Virus record (IMG/VR): IMGVR_UViG_3300037471_001733
Span: 22,201 to 86,200 of that record
From: a virus
Taxonomy: Duplodnaviria > Heunggongvirae > Uroviricota > Caudoviricetes
DNA: 64,000 bases
Strand: one strand, 5' to 3'
Position 1 is the stretch's first letter, and every line of letters starts with the position of its first letter. Made by a program: the position numbers and the translations under genes. Below are positions 44,288 to 53,890 of this stretch, in pieces. The notes under the pieces were generated by a model, which searched no databases, had not been told where the DNA came from, and saw nothing but the letters and a program-made list of their open reading frames with translations.

Positions 44288-44652
44288 TACACCGGCTCCG
44301 TTGCATCTGCGGGCACAGCAGATGCGCCTTGGCCATCAGTCCAAATCTCTTTCCCGTCGTCAGGATGCAAATGGAATCGCGTGACCTTGCCGCCGGTATT
44401 CCGCTCAATCAGTACAGACAATTTCGGGTTGCTGGGACTCAGCCCGTACATGACGTTGCGGAGGCGACCGAGGGAGACACCACAGCTGGCAGCGAACTCT
44501 TTCCTAGCTTTCGCGTTGGGCAAAGCTTTGACGAAGTCGTACAGCGGGGTGATGTACAGACTGCGGTCGCGTCCATTGACCTTCGTAGCGGTGTAGGTTC
44601 CGGTGCACATAACACCGAATCCTACACTGATGAATGCATACCTAGCAAACAC
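44287..44652 (-). CDS. Cro/YdaS-like HTH regulator (first gene of early-right operon; start may be internal)
   Basis: 'LYDFVKALPNAKARKEFAASCGVSLGRLRNVMYG...LIERNTGGKVTRFHLHPDD' matches Cro/YdaS-type pattern. Confidence 0.55.
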   Translation of the reverse strand: MFARYAFISVGFGVMCTGTYTATKVNGRDRSLYITPLYDFVKALPNAKARKEFAASCGVSLGRLRNVMYGLSPSNPKLSVLIERNTGGKVTRFHLHPDDGKEIWTDGQGASAVPADATEPV

Positions 44653-44685
44653 CGTTCGTGGCCTGCCGCGCAGTCCACTACTGGT

Positions 44686-45180
44686 GTGAGTGACGACCGC
44701 TTAATCCGTATCAGCAATCTGCGCAGGGTGTGCGCCGAGCGCAGGCTCAAGACCGCCGATCTACACCGGCTCCTGCCCTATGCCCGCTACACCTACTGGC
44801 GTGACGTACTGGAGGGCGACAAGCCCTTTGGAGAGAAGGCAGCGCGCAAGGTAGAAGCCAAGCTCGGCCTGCCCGACCGGTGGCTGGACACGCCGCGGGA
44901 CCCTGTTGAGTTCCGCGAGGTGTTACCCAGCGTGCCCGACGACGACGAAGACGAGCACCCAGATGAAGGGGGCCATGAATCGCACTGGCGCCACATCGCG
45001 GAGCTGTTTGCCGATATCTGCACGGAGCAGGACATCAAGATGCTGCCGTCCACCTTCTTGCTGATCGTTGATGCCGGCGTCCAGCGCGTGAATGAAGCGG
45101 CCGACAAGCGCAAGGCTTCCGAGGTTTTCAGCAAGCTTCTTCGCGTACTACAGCACGGCAAAGACCAAAATAGGGGCTAA
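44686..45180 (+). CDS. HTH DNA-binding regulator (candidate CI-like repressor, no peptidase S24 domain); start uncertain (GTG 44686 or 44728)
   Basis: divergent from Cro-like gene; 'RRLKTADLHRLLPYARYTYWRDVLEGDKPFGEKAARKVEAKLGLPDRWLD'. Confidence 0.45.
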   Translation: MSDDRLIRISNLRRVCAERRLKTADLHRLLPYARYTYWRDVLEGDKPFGEKAARKVEAKLGLPDRWLDTPRDPVEFREVLPSVPDDDEDEHPDEGGHESHWRHIAELFADICTEQDIKMLPSTFLLIVDAGVQRVNEAADKRKASEVFSKLLRVLQHGKDQNRG

Positions 45181-45281
45181 TACCTCTTTTCGTAAAACCG
45201 CACCCCCGGGCTTTGCCTTGGCGTAACGAATTACGGAACCTGTAGTTCTTGCAGTAGTCTTCACCACTATGAACCGCACGG

Positions 45282-45596
45282 GTGTTGCGGTTTGGAGCAG
45301 TGGTGGGATCGGTCTGGAACGAAGAAAAGCACGGCAGCCGCCTTCTCGTGGCCGCTAACGAGGGACATGCCCCGGCGCCGACGGAACCCCCGTCGATCAC
45401 GGCGGGGCTGCTGCAGCAGAGATTGCGCAGCAACGCTCCAATCAAGGCCATGAGCAACGCCGCGGCTGATGCCCTGGTCGGGCTGCTCGCTGGCGACACC
45501 GACGCCGCTACGGTGCGCGCGTGGATCGCTGATCTTGACGCCATGGTGCGCAAGGAGATCGTCTTGCCCTCCCAGGGGCCCGTCGGGCTCGCCTAA
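45282..45596 (+). CDS. hypothetical protein
   Basis: 104 aa (GTG start). Confidence 0.4.
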   Translation: MLRFGAVVGSVWNEEKHGSRLLVAANEGHAPAPTEPPSITAGLLQQRLRSNAPIKAMSNAAADALVGLLAGDTDAATVRAWIADLDAMVRKEIVLPSQGPVGLA

Positions 45597-45618
45597 CCAA
45601 CCCCTTTAAGCAAGCAAG

Positions 45619-45643
45619 AAGCCGCCTTCGGGCGGTTTTCTTG
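45619..45643 (+). terminator. rho-independent terminator (AGCCGCC-TTCG-GGCGGTT + TTTCTT)
   Basis: seen in sequence after 45282..45596. Confidence 0.5.
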
Positions 45644-45769
45644 GCACACCGTACTGTGTATTTTATCAGTACGTATTTACTTAGGTAATCGAAAAGCACA
45701 CCGTTTTGTGTTGACCGTCGCCGGGCTGCGGTGTTGTAATGACTCCAACGCGCTACACCAAAAAGCGCA

Positions 45770-46111
45770 ATGGAGACGGCAATGAACACCAGTGGCAGCG
45801 GCTACTCCTTCCAGAGTTTTCTGGGGGCGATCCCGGTAACTGTCTTCTATTGGGTAGAAGACGGTTTCGTGACGCCGATGACCTGCGATGTCGGCGGGAA
45901 GGTTGCATCGCTGCTGGATGACGGAGACCACTTCTCTCCGGTGCAGCTTCGCGTTTGGCAGCGCGCCGCCGAAGCCGACTACAGCCGCCGCACTGGCGCC
46001 GACTTCGAGCCCGATCCCACCGACTTCTTCAGCGACCCCGCAGGATGCGCCACGCGCTCGCTGGCCAGCTACTTCGACCGCGTTGATGCGGCTGCTCGGT
46101 GGGGTGCGTGA
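45770..46111 (+). CDS. hypothetical protein
   Basis: 113 aa. Confidence 0.4.
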   Translation: METAMNTSGSGYSFQSFLGAIPVTVFYWVEDGFVTPMTCDVGGKVASLLDDGDHFSPVQLRVWQRAAEADYSRRTGADFEPDPTDFFSDPAGCATRSLASYFDRVDAAARWGA

Positions 46112-46404
46112 TGACCACCCTCTACGCCGAATTCTCTGCCTTCGCCGCAGAGTTCAAAGCCGCCCGCCCCGAGCGCTTCGGCCGCCGTTCTGAACGCGCT
46201 AAACGCTCTGAAGCACCGTTCCGTGGCGTTCCTGCGCGCCTGGACGTTGATGCTGCGCGCGCTGAGCTGAGGGAACTGGTTGCGCGTCACGACGCGCGCT
46301 ATGAGTACAGCGACGACTACTCCGTCTGGGCTCGCGGTCAGGCTGAAGCCCAGCGGATCGCGGATCTGCGGTCGGCGATCGCCAAGGCTGGGGCAGCGGC
46401 ATGA
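46099..46404 (+). CDS. hypothetical protein
   Basis: 101 aa. Confidence 0.4.
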   Translation: MGCVMTTLYAEFSAFAAEFKAARPERFGRRSERAKRSEAPFRGVPARLDVDAARAELRELVARHDARYEYSDDYSVWARGQAEAQRIADLRSAIAKAGAAA

Positions 46405-46769
46405 ACGGCGCACATCTGACTAGCCAGCGGGCCATCAATGGGCCGTCGAAGCCGACAGCCGATGCTCCTGAAGGCGGCGACTACGCCATCGTTGTTGACG
46501 GACAGATCATCGCTGAGGTGTTCTACCGGTCATCGCCCACGCACACGCATGACGCGTGCGCCACTGCCCGCCTGTTCTCTGCCGCGCAGGACCTTCTGGA
46601 CGCCCTGCAAGACCTCCTGCGCGCCAACACCGAGGCGGCGAACTTCTCGATGAGCATGGTCACCGACCGCGAGGAGTTCGATGGCTTCCTGCGCGAGTGC
46701 GAGGCCAAGGTGGATGCGGCTGAGACGAAGGCTCGGGCTGCGATTGCAAAAGCGACTGGAGGCGTGTGA
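46401..46769 (+). CDS. hypothetical protein; paralog of 38724..39125
   Basis: 122 aa. Confidence 0.4.
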   Translation: MNGAHLTSQRAINGPSKPTADAPEGGDYAIVVDGQIIAEVFYRSSPTHTHDACATARLFSAAQDLLDALQDLLRANTEAANFSMSMVTDREEFDGFLRECEAKVDAAETKARAAIAKATGGV

Positions 46770-47251
46770 TGCGCGGCGTGTTTGCCGACCTGCGTGACCG
46801 AGTGTTTGGCCGCCTGGTAGTTGTGGACATGCATGACAAGCTGCCCACCGGCCAAGTGCTGTGGCTGTGCCTGTGCGAGTGCGGTGAAACGAAGGCTGTT
46901 CAGAGCGGCCACTTGACAAGCGGCCGCATCAGTTCCTGCGGCTGCCTGAAGCGCGAGAGTCAGCCTGCGCACCTGTGGACCGCCGAGAACATCGCCAAGT
47001 CCAGTGCTGCCCGCCTGACCAAGCGCGCAGCACGCTTTGAGCAGGCCCGCCGCCGTGTATGGGGGCTTCTCACTCCTGTTGAGAGCATCGACCGCCAAGG
47101 TGAGGAGTTCTGGCGTTGCGCGTGTGTGTGTGGTGGAGAAAGAACTGCCTGGGCAGCCGACATACGCCGCGGCAAGACCATCTCTTGCGGCTGCAGTCGG
47201 CGTGGCTTGTCCTACGGCAAGGCTCATGACGGAGTCGCGACATGCGCGTGA
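46766..47251 (+). CDS. tandem zinc-ribbon protein (2x WxCxCxCG...SCGC)
   Basis: 161 aa. Confidence 0.45.
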   Translation: MMRGVFADLRDRVFGRLVVVDMHDKLPTGQVLWLCLCECGETKAVQSGHLTSGRISSCGCLKRESQPAHLWTAENIAKSSAARLTKRAARFEQARRRVWGLLTPVESIDRQGEEFWRCACVCGGERTAWAADIRRGKTISCGCSRRGLSYGKAHDGVATCA

Positions 47252-47649
47252 TGCTCATCGCCTGCTCGAAGGCCAAGCGCCCGCACGAAGCGGTTGCGGC
47301 CGAGCTCTACCAGGGCGACCTGTTCAAGAAGGCTCGCGCACTGGCCGAGAATCGCGGGGCCCGCTGGTTTGTGCTTTCGGCCAAGCATGGAGTGGTTTCG
47401 CCCGACCGCGTGCTGCACCCCTACGACGACACACTGGCGCATGCCACGCGGGACCGCCTCGCCGCCTGGAATGCGCTGGTGCTGTCTCAACTGGTCGAGG
47501 CCAAGCTGCTGGCTGAGCCGCTGGAGATCCTGGCTGGCCGCTGCTACCGCGGCTGGGCTTCATGCCTGGATGCGACTGTTCCGATGCGCGGTATGGGCAT
47601 CGGCAAGCAGAAGGCGTGGCTTGCCGAGCAACTGCGGAGGGCTGCGTGA
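47242..47649 (+). CDS. hypothetical protein
   Basis: 135 aa. Confidence 0.45.
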   Translation: MRVMLIACSKAKRPHEAVAAELYQGDLFKKARALAENRGARWFVLSAKHGVVSPDRVLHPYDDTLAHATRDRLAAWNALVLSQLVEAKLLAEPLEILAGRCYRGWASCLDATVPMRGMGIGKQKAWLAEQLRRAA

Positions 47650-47822
47650 TGGCCCGCCGAGACGGTTTAGCACGCGGCTCCAAGTGGCTACTGCCCAGCG
47701 GCCGCGTGGCAACGGTGGATGTCCTGAAGGGCTACCACGTCACGCTGCGGTACGCGGACGACACGGACGAGTCTGTGGAACTGCTGCTGTCGTTCCTGAC
47801 GCAACACGGCATCGAAGTATGA
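47649..47822 (+). CDS. small hypothetical protein (57 aa)
   Basis: ATG overlapping upstream TGA. Confidence 0.3.
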   Translation: MARRDGLARGSKWLLPSGRVATVDVLKGYHVTLRYADDTDESVELLLSFLTQHGIEV

Positions 47823-48043
47823 GCAGCCTCACCGAAGCCACGCTGGCCGAAGGCGACTTCACTGCCCGCGAGCGCGCACTGTTGCAGGCGCTCCAGCCGT
47901 TCGCTTACTACGGAAGCCTCGACGGCACCGTGCATCACTTTGCCGCGCTGTTCCCTGTGCACGAGCGCGAGCGGATCAAGGAAGAGTTTGCGCGGGCAAC
48001 CCGCGTGTACCGGAAGGCGACTTCCGCCAAGGAGGAATCGTGA
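47819..48043 (+). CDS. small hypothetical protein (74 aa)
   Basis: ATGA overlap. Confidence 0.35.
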   Translation: MSSLTEATLAEGDFTARERALLQALQPFAYYGSLDGTVHHFAALFPVHERERIKEEFARATRVYRKATSAKEES

Positions 48044-48456
48044 ATGCTGTCATCGAATCTTGGTTCCCATCGAGGGCGAAGAAGCCCGCGAAGCCACAGC
48101 AAACCCGCCTAGGCCGTCGCCGGATGCTAGACCTCAACACCATCGCGCCGGCTGCGGTCCCCGGCCCGTACATCAAGCGCGCTGGCGACCGCTGCCTGTA
48201 CGCCGAAGTCGGCGGTGAGATGGTGCTGCTGGGCATGGCGTTCCAAGGTCTGCACCCGACGATCACCCCGGCGATGAGCGAAGCGACTGCGCAGCAGTTC
48301 AAGGCGGCCCCGGACCTGTTTGCGGTGACGCTGGAGCTGGCGCGGCTGGCCGACCAGGCGCACGAGCTTGATGAGCAGGCGCTGCGCCAGCGCGTTGCTG
48401 CGCTGTTCGACCCGGCTGAGGTTGCGCTGGCCCGTGCGACTGGCCTGCTGGGGTGA
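48040..48456 (+). CDS. hypothetical protein
   Basis: 138 aa. Confidence 0.4.
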   Translation: MNAVIESWFPSRAKKPAKPQQTRLGRRRMLDLNTIAPAAVPGPYIKRAGDRCLYAEVGGEMVLLGMAFQGLHPTITPAMSEATAQQFKAAPDLFAVTLELARLADQAHELDEQALRQRVAALFDPAEVALARATGLLG

Positions 48457-48459
48457 GTC

Positions 48460-48675
48460 ATGAGCGCGCAACTCCACCAATCTGCGATCCGCATCCTGTT
48501 TGCGGCCCGACAAGCTGACCCGCTGCAGGTTGATGCGCTGATCGCTCGGCACGAGCGTGAGTGCGTCGCCGAGATGGCCGAAGAGGCAGCGGCTGGCCAA
48601 CTGACGTGCCCGCCGTGCACGAGAAATTGCAGCCAGGGCCTCACCTGTCCTGCCCGTCAACAGAAAAATGGTTAA
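48460..48675 (+). CDS. small Cys-containing protein
   Basis: 71 aa. Confidence 0.35.
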   Translation: MSAQLHQSAIRILFAARQADPLQVDALIARHERECVAEMAEEAAAGQLTCPPCTRNCSQGLTCPARQQKNG

Positions 48676-48943
48676 GGAGCCGACCATGGACCAGAACAGC
48701 GCCATCCTTTATCGCCGCGCCCGCGAAGAAGACTTTGTGGACACGGAGCCGGCAGCGTTCGACGGCCACATCCCGCTGTCCGAGTGCAGCGAGGAAACGC
48801 AGTCCCTCTGGGCCGAGCACCAGATAGCGGCCTGCGCGCGCTGCCGGTATGGCTGCAACCCGCCGCTGCCGAGTTGTACTGGCGGCATCGGCATCAAGGA
48901 GATCTTGGGATTTCTGTTCTATCCCCTGGCGCGGAGGGCTTGA
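48668..48943 (+). CDS. Cys-rich small protein
   Basis: 91 aa. Confidence 0.35.
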   Translation: MVKEPTMDQNSAILYRRAREEDFVDTEPAAFDGHIPLSECSEETQSLWAEHQIAACARCRYGCNPPLPSCTGGIGIKEILGFLFYPLARRA

Positions 48944-48944
48944 A

Positions 48945-49103
48945 ATGCTGGATCACTACTTCCTGGCCGGCGACGGCCCCAAGGAACTGATCGACCGTGA
49001 GTTTGTGCGCACGCGCAACGACCGGGCACGGTCGCTGGTGTGGGACGTGCTCGCCTTTGTCGGCGGCATCGGCCTGTTCGTGCTGTCTTACCTCAGCCGC
49101 TGA
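48945..49103 (+). CDS. small membrane protein (52 aa)
   Basis: C-terminal TM helix. Confidence 0.3.
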   Translation: MLDHYFLAGDGPKELIDREFVRTRNDRARSLVWDVLAFVGGIGLFVLSYLSR

Positions 49104-49112
49104 AAGCAAACC

Positions 49113-49604
49113 ATGACCGAAAAACAAACAATCACCGAAGAGTCCGGTATCCACAATGAGTGGTACGAAGAGGCCAAGAAAGTCACGCTGGAAACTCTGC
49201 CGGCCTTCGTCACCAAGCTGTGCAACGACTACTCGCACGACTACGGGACCATCTGCCACGCCATGGCTGCCGCGATGACGGCGGCCATGAACGCAGTGGA
49301 CAGTTCGCCTACCGGTGGCATCACCGGATTCCAGGCCGGCTGCGTCATGTGGATGGTGCTGAAGCACGCATTCCACAAGGATGGGCCGATGTCTCTCGTG
49401 GACTGGACGAACCTGCTTTATCCGCAGTACGCCGATCGCTTCACCACGATTCCCAAGCAATCCTGGGAACGAGTTCGCGAGATAGCGCAGAAGAAACTCA
49501 GTGAAGACGACAAGCGTTACTGGTCGCTAGGCGTGCTGTCTCACATGCAGTCCATCGCTGAACACGGTATCCCGCCCTTCGGGCTGAAGGTTGCCGCCAA
49601 CTGA
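49113..49604 (+). CDS. hypothetical protein
   Basis: 163 aa. Confidence 0.45.
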   Translation: MTEKQTITEESGIHNEWYEEAKKVTLETLPAFVTKLCNDYSHDYGTICHAMAAAMTAAMNAVDSSPTGGITGFQAGCVMWMVLKHAFHKDGPMSLVDWTNLLYPQYADRFTTIPKQSWERVREIAQKKLSEDDKRYWSLGVLSHMQSIAEHGIPPFGLKVAAN

Positions 49605-49658
49605 GCTACGGGCGCACCGGCTGCCCTGACGCCGGCATCCAACCTCTCGGAGACCGCC

Positions 49659-50366
49659 ATGACGTATCGTGCAGTTGACCCTTTGACCGGCAAGTCCATA
49701 GGCCTCGGCAACTACAAGCCGCGGCCTGAACTGGAGAAGCGCTTGGCCGAGCAGGTGCAGCGCAAGACCAGCGAAGGCACGTTCAAGACCGGCGCCGATG
49801 GGCGCACAACGTTCGTGCCCAAGTTCATTGAGGAGGCAGCTGCGCATGCGGTCACCGCCGCACCGTTGACGCAGTTCAAGCCGGGCGACCGCGCGCGAGT
49901 CATCGCCTCTGCTGCTGAGCTGCACGAGGCCGGCTTCAGCGCGGGCTTCTCCGCATTTCTTGCTGGGCGCGAAGTTGTGATTGAGGAAGAGGCCCGGTGC
50001 GGGTTTGGTCAGGCCCGTCACCTCGTGAGCTTTACCTACACAGATAGTTGGGGCGACTCGGCCAGCGTCAGGGCGGTGTTCCTGAGTCGCATCCATGAAG
50101 CCGAGGGCGACGACGAGCGAGAAGCCATGGGCCTGACCTCGGCTGAGGCTGGCGTGCTGTCGCCTAGCGAGGCCGCTCGGGAATTTGATCCGTTCGCGGA
50201 GCCGTTGGGCATTGGCGACTACGTGGAATGCGTACGCGAAGACAGCATGCTCTTTGGCTGTCGCGGAGAGGTTGACCAAATCGACGGCACATGGGTGCAC
50301 GTGCTTGGGCTTGGCGGGTGGGATGCCGACCATCGCCACTTCCTGAAGCTCATCGCCAAGGCCTGA
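49659..50366 (+). CDS. hypothetical protein
   Basis: 235 aa. Confidence 0.45.
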   Translation: MTYRAVDPLTGKSIGLGNYKPRPELEKRLAEQVQRKTSEGTFKTGADGRTTFVPKFIEEAAAHAVTAAPLTQFKPGDRARVIASAAELHEAGFSAGFSAFLAGREVVIEEEARCGFGQARHLVSFTYTDSWGDSASVRAVFLSRIHEAEGDDEREAMGLTSAEAGVLSPSEAAREFDPFAEPLGIGDYVECVREDSMLFGCRGEVDQIDGTWVHVLGLGGWDADHRHFLKLIAKA

Positions 50367-50432
50367 CCATCTAACTGATCCATGCCCGGCGCGGGCTGCG
50401 CGCCAATTCCACAGAAGACGGAGACGGAAACC

Positions 50433-51374
50433 ATGACTACTGCACTCGCTCTCATGAGCAACCGCCTGGCGCAACGCTTCGGCATGGTCGAAGACGCCGA
50501 GTTGATTCCTGTGCTCAAGGCAACTGCGTTCAAAGGTCAGGTCAGTGACGCGCAGATGACGGCGCTGCTGATCGTTGCCGATCAATACGGCCTGAATCCG
50601 TGGACCAAGGAAATCTACGCTTTCCCAGACCCGCAGAACGGCATCGTGCCGGTGGTCAGCGTTGACGGCTGGAGCCGCATCATCAATGAGCACCCCGCCT
50701 TCGACGGCATTGAGTTCGAGTTGTCCGGCAAGGGCGATGACATGGAGATGCTGTGCCGCATCTTCCGCAAGGACCGCAGCCGCCCGATCGCAGTGACGGA
50801 GTACTTGACCGAGTGCAAGCGTGAAACGAAGCCTTGGAAGTCTCACCCGCGACGCATGCTGCGTCACAAGGCTGAGATCCAATGCGCCCGATTGGCCTTC
50901 GGCTTCGCTGGGCTCCACGACCACGACGAGGCGGAGCGCATTGTGGAAGCATCGTCTGGCGCACCGAAGAACATGGGGGCAGCCCAGGTGGTCGAGGCCG
51001 CCGCAGCTGCGGAAATGCCGCTCGGCCTGCTGGAGTCAGCCGAGAGCGCTGCGACCGAAGGGGTGGCCATCTATCAGGAATTCTGGAAGTCAACCGGCCC
51101 GGAAAACCGCAAGGCGCTGGCTGGCCACCATGCGCGGCTGAAGCAAGCAGCCATTGACGCCGACGCGGCGCGCACGGTGGAGATGCCCACGACCGGCGGC
51201 CAAGCCGAGCAGCCCACGCTGGACCTGGTGGCGCTGGAGCGGCGCATCGGCAGCTGCAACGACGCTCAGGTGTTGCTGCTCATTGCCGACGACGTGGCCA
51301 CGCTGCCCGAGGGTGAGGATCGCGCGCGGCTGGAGAAGTTGATCGCGGTGCGCGGCGAAGCGCTGGAGGGCTGA
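50433..51374 (+). CDS. Bet/Red-beta-RecT superfamily single-strand annealing protein
   Basis: 'LNPWTKEIYAFPDPQNGIVPVVSVDGWSRIINEHPAFDGIEFE' strongly resembles lambda Bet/RecT core. Confidence 0.7.
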   Translation: MTTALALMSNRLAQRFGMVEDAELIPVLKATAFKGQVSDAQMTALLIVADQYGLNPWTKEIYAFPDPQNGIVPVVSVDGWSRIINEHPAFDGIEFELSGKGDDMEMLCRIFRKDRSRPIAVTEYLTECKRETKPWKSHPRRMLRHKAEIQCARLAFGFAGLHDHDEAERIVEASSGAPKNMGAAQVVEAAAAAEMPLGLLESAESAATEGVAIYQEFWKSTGPENRKALAGHHARLKQAAIDADAARTVEMPTTGGQAEQPTLDLVALERRIGSCNDAQVLLLIADDVATLPEGEDRARLEKLIAVRGEALEG

Positions 51375-51377
51375 TCT

Positions 51378-52064
51378 ATGGCGCTAATCGTCCACACCGA
51401 CCCGCAGGGTAGTGAGGCGTGGCTCGCGGCACGCCGCGGCATCCCGACCGGCAGCCGTTTCAAGGATTGCCGTGACTACCTAAAGCCCACGGCAGCCGAG
51501 GTCAAGGCCGGCGCCACGCGCGGCAAGCCCTCCGCGAAGCTGCTGGGCTATGCGATGGATCTGGCGCGCGAGCGGGTCGGTGGCCATGTGCCTCCCGTGT
51601 TCCAGACCGCCGCGATGCGTACCGGCCATATCGAGGAGCCAAAAGCACGACTCGCCTACGAGGAAGAGACCGGCAACATCGTGATCGAAGCCGGCTTCAT
51701 CACGACGGAAGACCGGCGCTGGGGCGTGTCGGTGGACGGCCTCGTGAAGCCCAAGGGTGGAATCGAGGTGAAGACTATGGTGAGCAGCGCCACGCTGTTC
51801 AAGGCCGTGGTCGAAGGCGACATCAGTGAGTACATCGACCAGATCAACGGCGCGATCCTGCTGCTTGAACTGGACTGGCTCGACCTTGTGCTCTGGGCGC
51901 CCGACCTGGCGCACCTGGGGCGCGGGCTCACCATCCGCCGCATCTGGCGTGACGAAGCTGCGATCCGAGCACTGGAAGCGGACCTGCTGACCTTCGTGGC
52001 GCTGGTCAATGACTTCGAGGCCGCGCTGCGTGCGCCGGCAGTGGAAACCGAAGGAGCCTTCTGA
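51378..52064 (+). CDS. YqaJ-type viral recombinase exonuclease (PD-(D/E)XK)
   Basis: 'QGSEAWLAARRGIPTGSRF' N-terminal YqaJ motif; paired with SSAP. Confidence 0.65.
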   Translation: MALIVHTDPQGSEAWLAARRGIPTGSRFKDCRDYLKPTAAEVKAGATRGKPSAKLLGYAMDLARERVGGHVPPVFQTAAMRTGHIEEPKARLAYEEETGNIVIEAGFITTEDRRWGVSVDGLVKPKGGIEVKTMVSSATLFKAVVEGDISEYIDQINGAILLLELDWLDLVLWAPDLAHLGRGLTIRRIWRDEAAIRALEADLLTFVALVNDFEAALRAPAVETEGAF

Positions 52065-52321
52065 TGGCAATCGACAAGTCCCTGCGCGGCGGCCAGTTCG
52101 AGACCGTCTACAGGAAGGACACGATTTCGCTCGAATGGGTGCAGCCGGGTCCAGACAGGAAGTCGCTAGTGCTCGCAACCGTCGATACGCAATTGTGCGA
52201 CGAAGATTTTGCGCTTGAGCAGGCGTTTGCGGAGTTTCAGCGGCACCTGATGTCTTCGTTCCTCAAGCACAGGCTGGGCTTTGTCTCGGTTAGGCCGGGA
52301 GACGGGCCGGACACGCACTAG
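52064..52321 (+). CDS. hypothetical protein
   Basis: 85 aa. Confidence 0.35.
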   Translation: MAIDKSLRGGQFETVYRKDTISLEWVQPGPDRKSLVLATVDTQLCDEDFALEQAFAEFQRHLMSSFLKHRLGFVSVRPGDGPDTH

Positions 52322-52484
52322 ACACTTTTCGGGCGATCCCAGCGTGATGAGCTTTTTCCAATCTTCGTCTCCTCCCTAGCGGGCTTGCTCATCACGCGCA
52401 GCTTCGGCTGCCGCCTTTCTTCTTTCTGCGGCGAACAACAGCACGACGGGGTCTGCTTCCTCCCTGTACTCCTCCTTACCCGTC

Positions 52485-53357
52485 GTGCGGCGGCGTGTGC
52501 TGCCAGCCGCTCTTTCTTTTGATGGCAACTGCGAAAACCCCGGGGCTACGAGCGCGGCCAGCAGAGCCGCGCCGCCAGCCCCACCAACCAACTACAGCGA
52601 GATTCACGTGATCCACTACCACGGACTGCCGATTACGCCGGACACGGCAGCAGAGCGTGCTATTGCTGGCGGCCATGCGTTTGTGTCATTCGCGCACCCT
52701 GAGCAATTGGGTCTCGCTGCGGCTGTGGCGCAATCATTCGCCATTGATAACGGCGCGTTCTCGGCTTGGCGGGCCGGCCGTCCGGTAACGGACTGGACGC
52801 CTTTCTACGAATGGGCTGCCGCAGCCAAGCGCATCCCTGGCTGCGACTTCGCCGTCATACCTGATGTCATTGACGGCACTGAGGCTGACAACGATGCGTT
52901 GCTTGCCGAGTGGCCGCTGCCCAACTGGTTCGGGGCGCCCGTGTGGCACATGAACGAGGGCCTGGATCGCCTGGAGCGCTTGGCCACCGTCTTCCCTCGC
53001 GTGTGCATCGGCAGTTCTGGCGAGTTCGCAATGGTGGGAACGCCGACGTGGTGGGGCCAGATCGCCCGCGCCATGCGTGTTGTGTGCGACGACGATGGGC
53101 GCCCGATGTGCAGGCTCCATGGCCTGCGCATGCTGGACCCGGAAGTGTTCAAGCATCTCCCGTTTTCCAGCGCAGACAGCACGAATATCGGCCGCAACAT
53201 TGGCATCGATCAAGCTTGGCGCGGCACCTATACGCCGCCGACGAAAGAGGCGCGGGCAGCTGTCATGCGCTCGCGCATTGAGGCTGAGAACGCGCCAGCA
53301 CGCTGGGCGTTTCGCATCCCCGAGTTCCATCCTGAAGACCAAGGGAGCCTGCTGTGA
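52485..53357 (+). CDS. candidate DpdA-like DNA (7-deazaguanine) transglycosylase (TGT-like); start uncertain
   Basis: directly upstream of queC-queE-queD with 4-nt overlap; 'IDNGAFS' resembles TGT catalytic 'DSGGFQ' motif. Confidence 0.45.
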   Translation: MRRRVLPAALSFDGNCENPGATSAASRAAPPAPPTNYSEIHVIHYHGLPITPDTAAERAIAGGHAFVSFAHPEQLGLAAAVAQSFAIDNGAFSAWRAGRPVTDWTPFYEWAAAAKRIPGCDFAVIPDVIDGTEADNDALLAEWPLPNWFGAPVWHMNEGLDRLERLATVFPRVCIGSSGEFAMVGTPTWWGQIARAMRVVCDDDGRPMCRLHGLRMLDPEVFKHLPFSSADSTNIGRNIGIDQAWRGTYTPPTKEARAAVMRSRIEAENAPARWAFRIPEFHPEDQGSLL

Positions 53358-53890
53358 GCAAAGTTATCCTGTTGTCCGGCGGCCTGGATTCCGCCCTGTG
53401 CTTGGCTCGCTACGGCGCCGACTTGGCCATTGGCTTCAATTACGGACAGCCGCATGCGATTGAGTTGGCCCATGCCGAGCGCATTGCAAGGCAGCACGGC
53501 GTGCCTTTCGAGATCCATGCGCTGCCGACCATGCCGCGCGTCAACGACGTCGTCTTCGCCGGCCGCAATGCGGTGATGCTGACGGCAGCCGCAGCCATTG
53601 CTCAGGCGCGCGGCCACGACGCGGTGTTGATCGGCTGCAACTTCTCGGATGCCACCCGGTTTCCTGACTGCCGGCCGGAATTCATTCGCAACATCAGCAA
53701 GGCGCTTGAGTCGGCATATGGCGTAAGCGTCTGCGCGCCGCTGCTGTTGTCCACCAAGACGCAGATAGTGGCAGAGGCCAAGCAACGCGGCATCACGGAC
53801 ACCTGGACCTGTTACGCGCCCACAACTGATGGTCAGCAGTGCGGCCAGTGCTACTCCTGCCAGGGCATCGCCTCAGCGAGCGCGTCATGA
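53354..53890 (+). CDS. queC: 7-cyano-7-deazaguanine synthase QueC (short form)
   Basis: PP-loop 'LLSGGLDS', C-terminal Cys cluster CGQCYSCQ. Confidence 0.75.
   Translation: MSKVILLSGGLDSALCLARYGADLAIGFNYGQPHAIELAHAERIARQHGVPFEIHALPTMPRVNDVVFAGRNAVMLTAAAAIAQARGHDAVLIGCNFSDATRFPDCRPEFIRNISKALESAYGVSVCAPLLLSTKTQIVAEAKQRGITDTWTCYAPTTDGQQCGQCYSCQGIASASAS

Noticed and set aside
44040-44384. 114-aa plus-strand ORF in the immunity region
   Set aside because: Overlaps the better-supported Cro-like gene on the opposite strand and has no RBS
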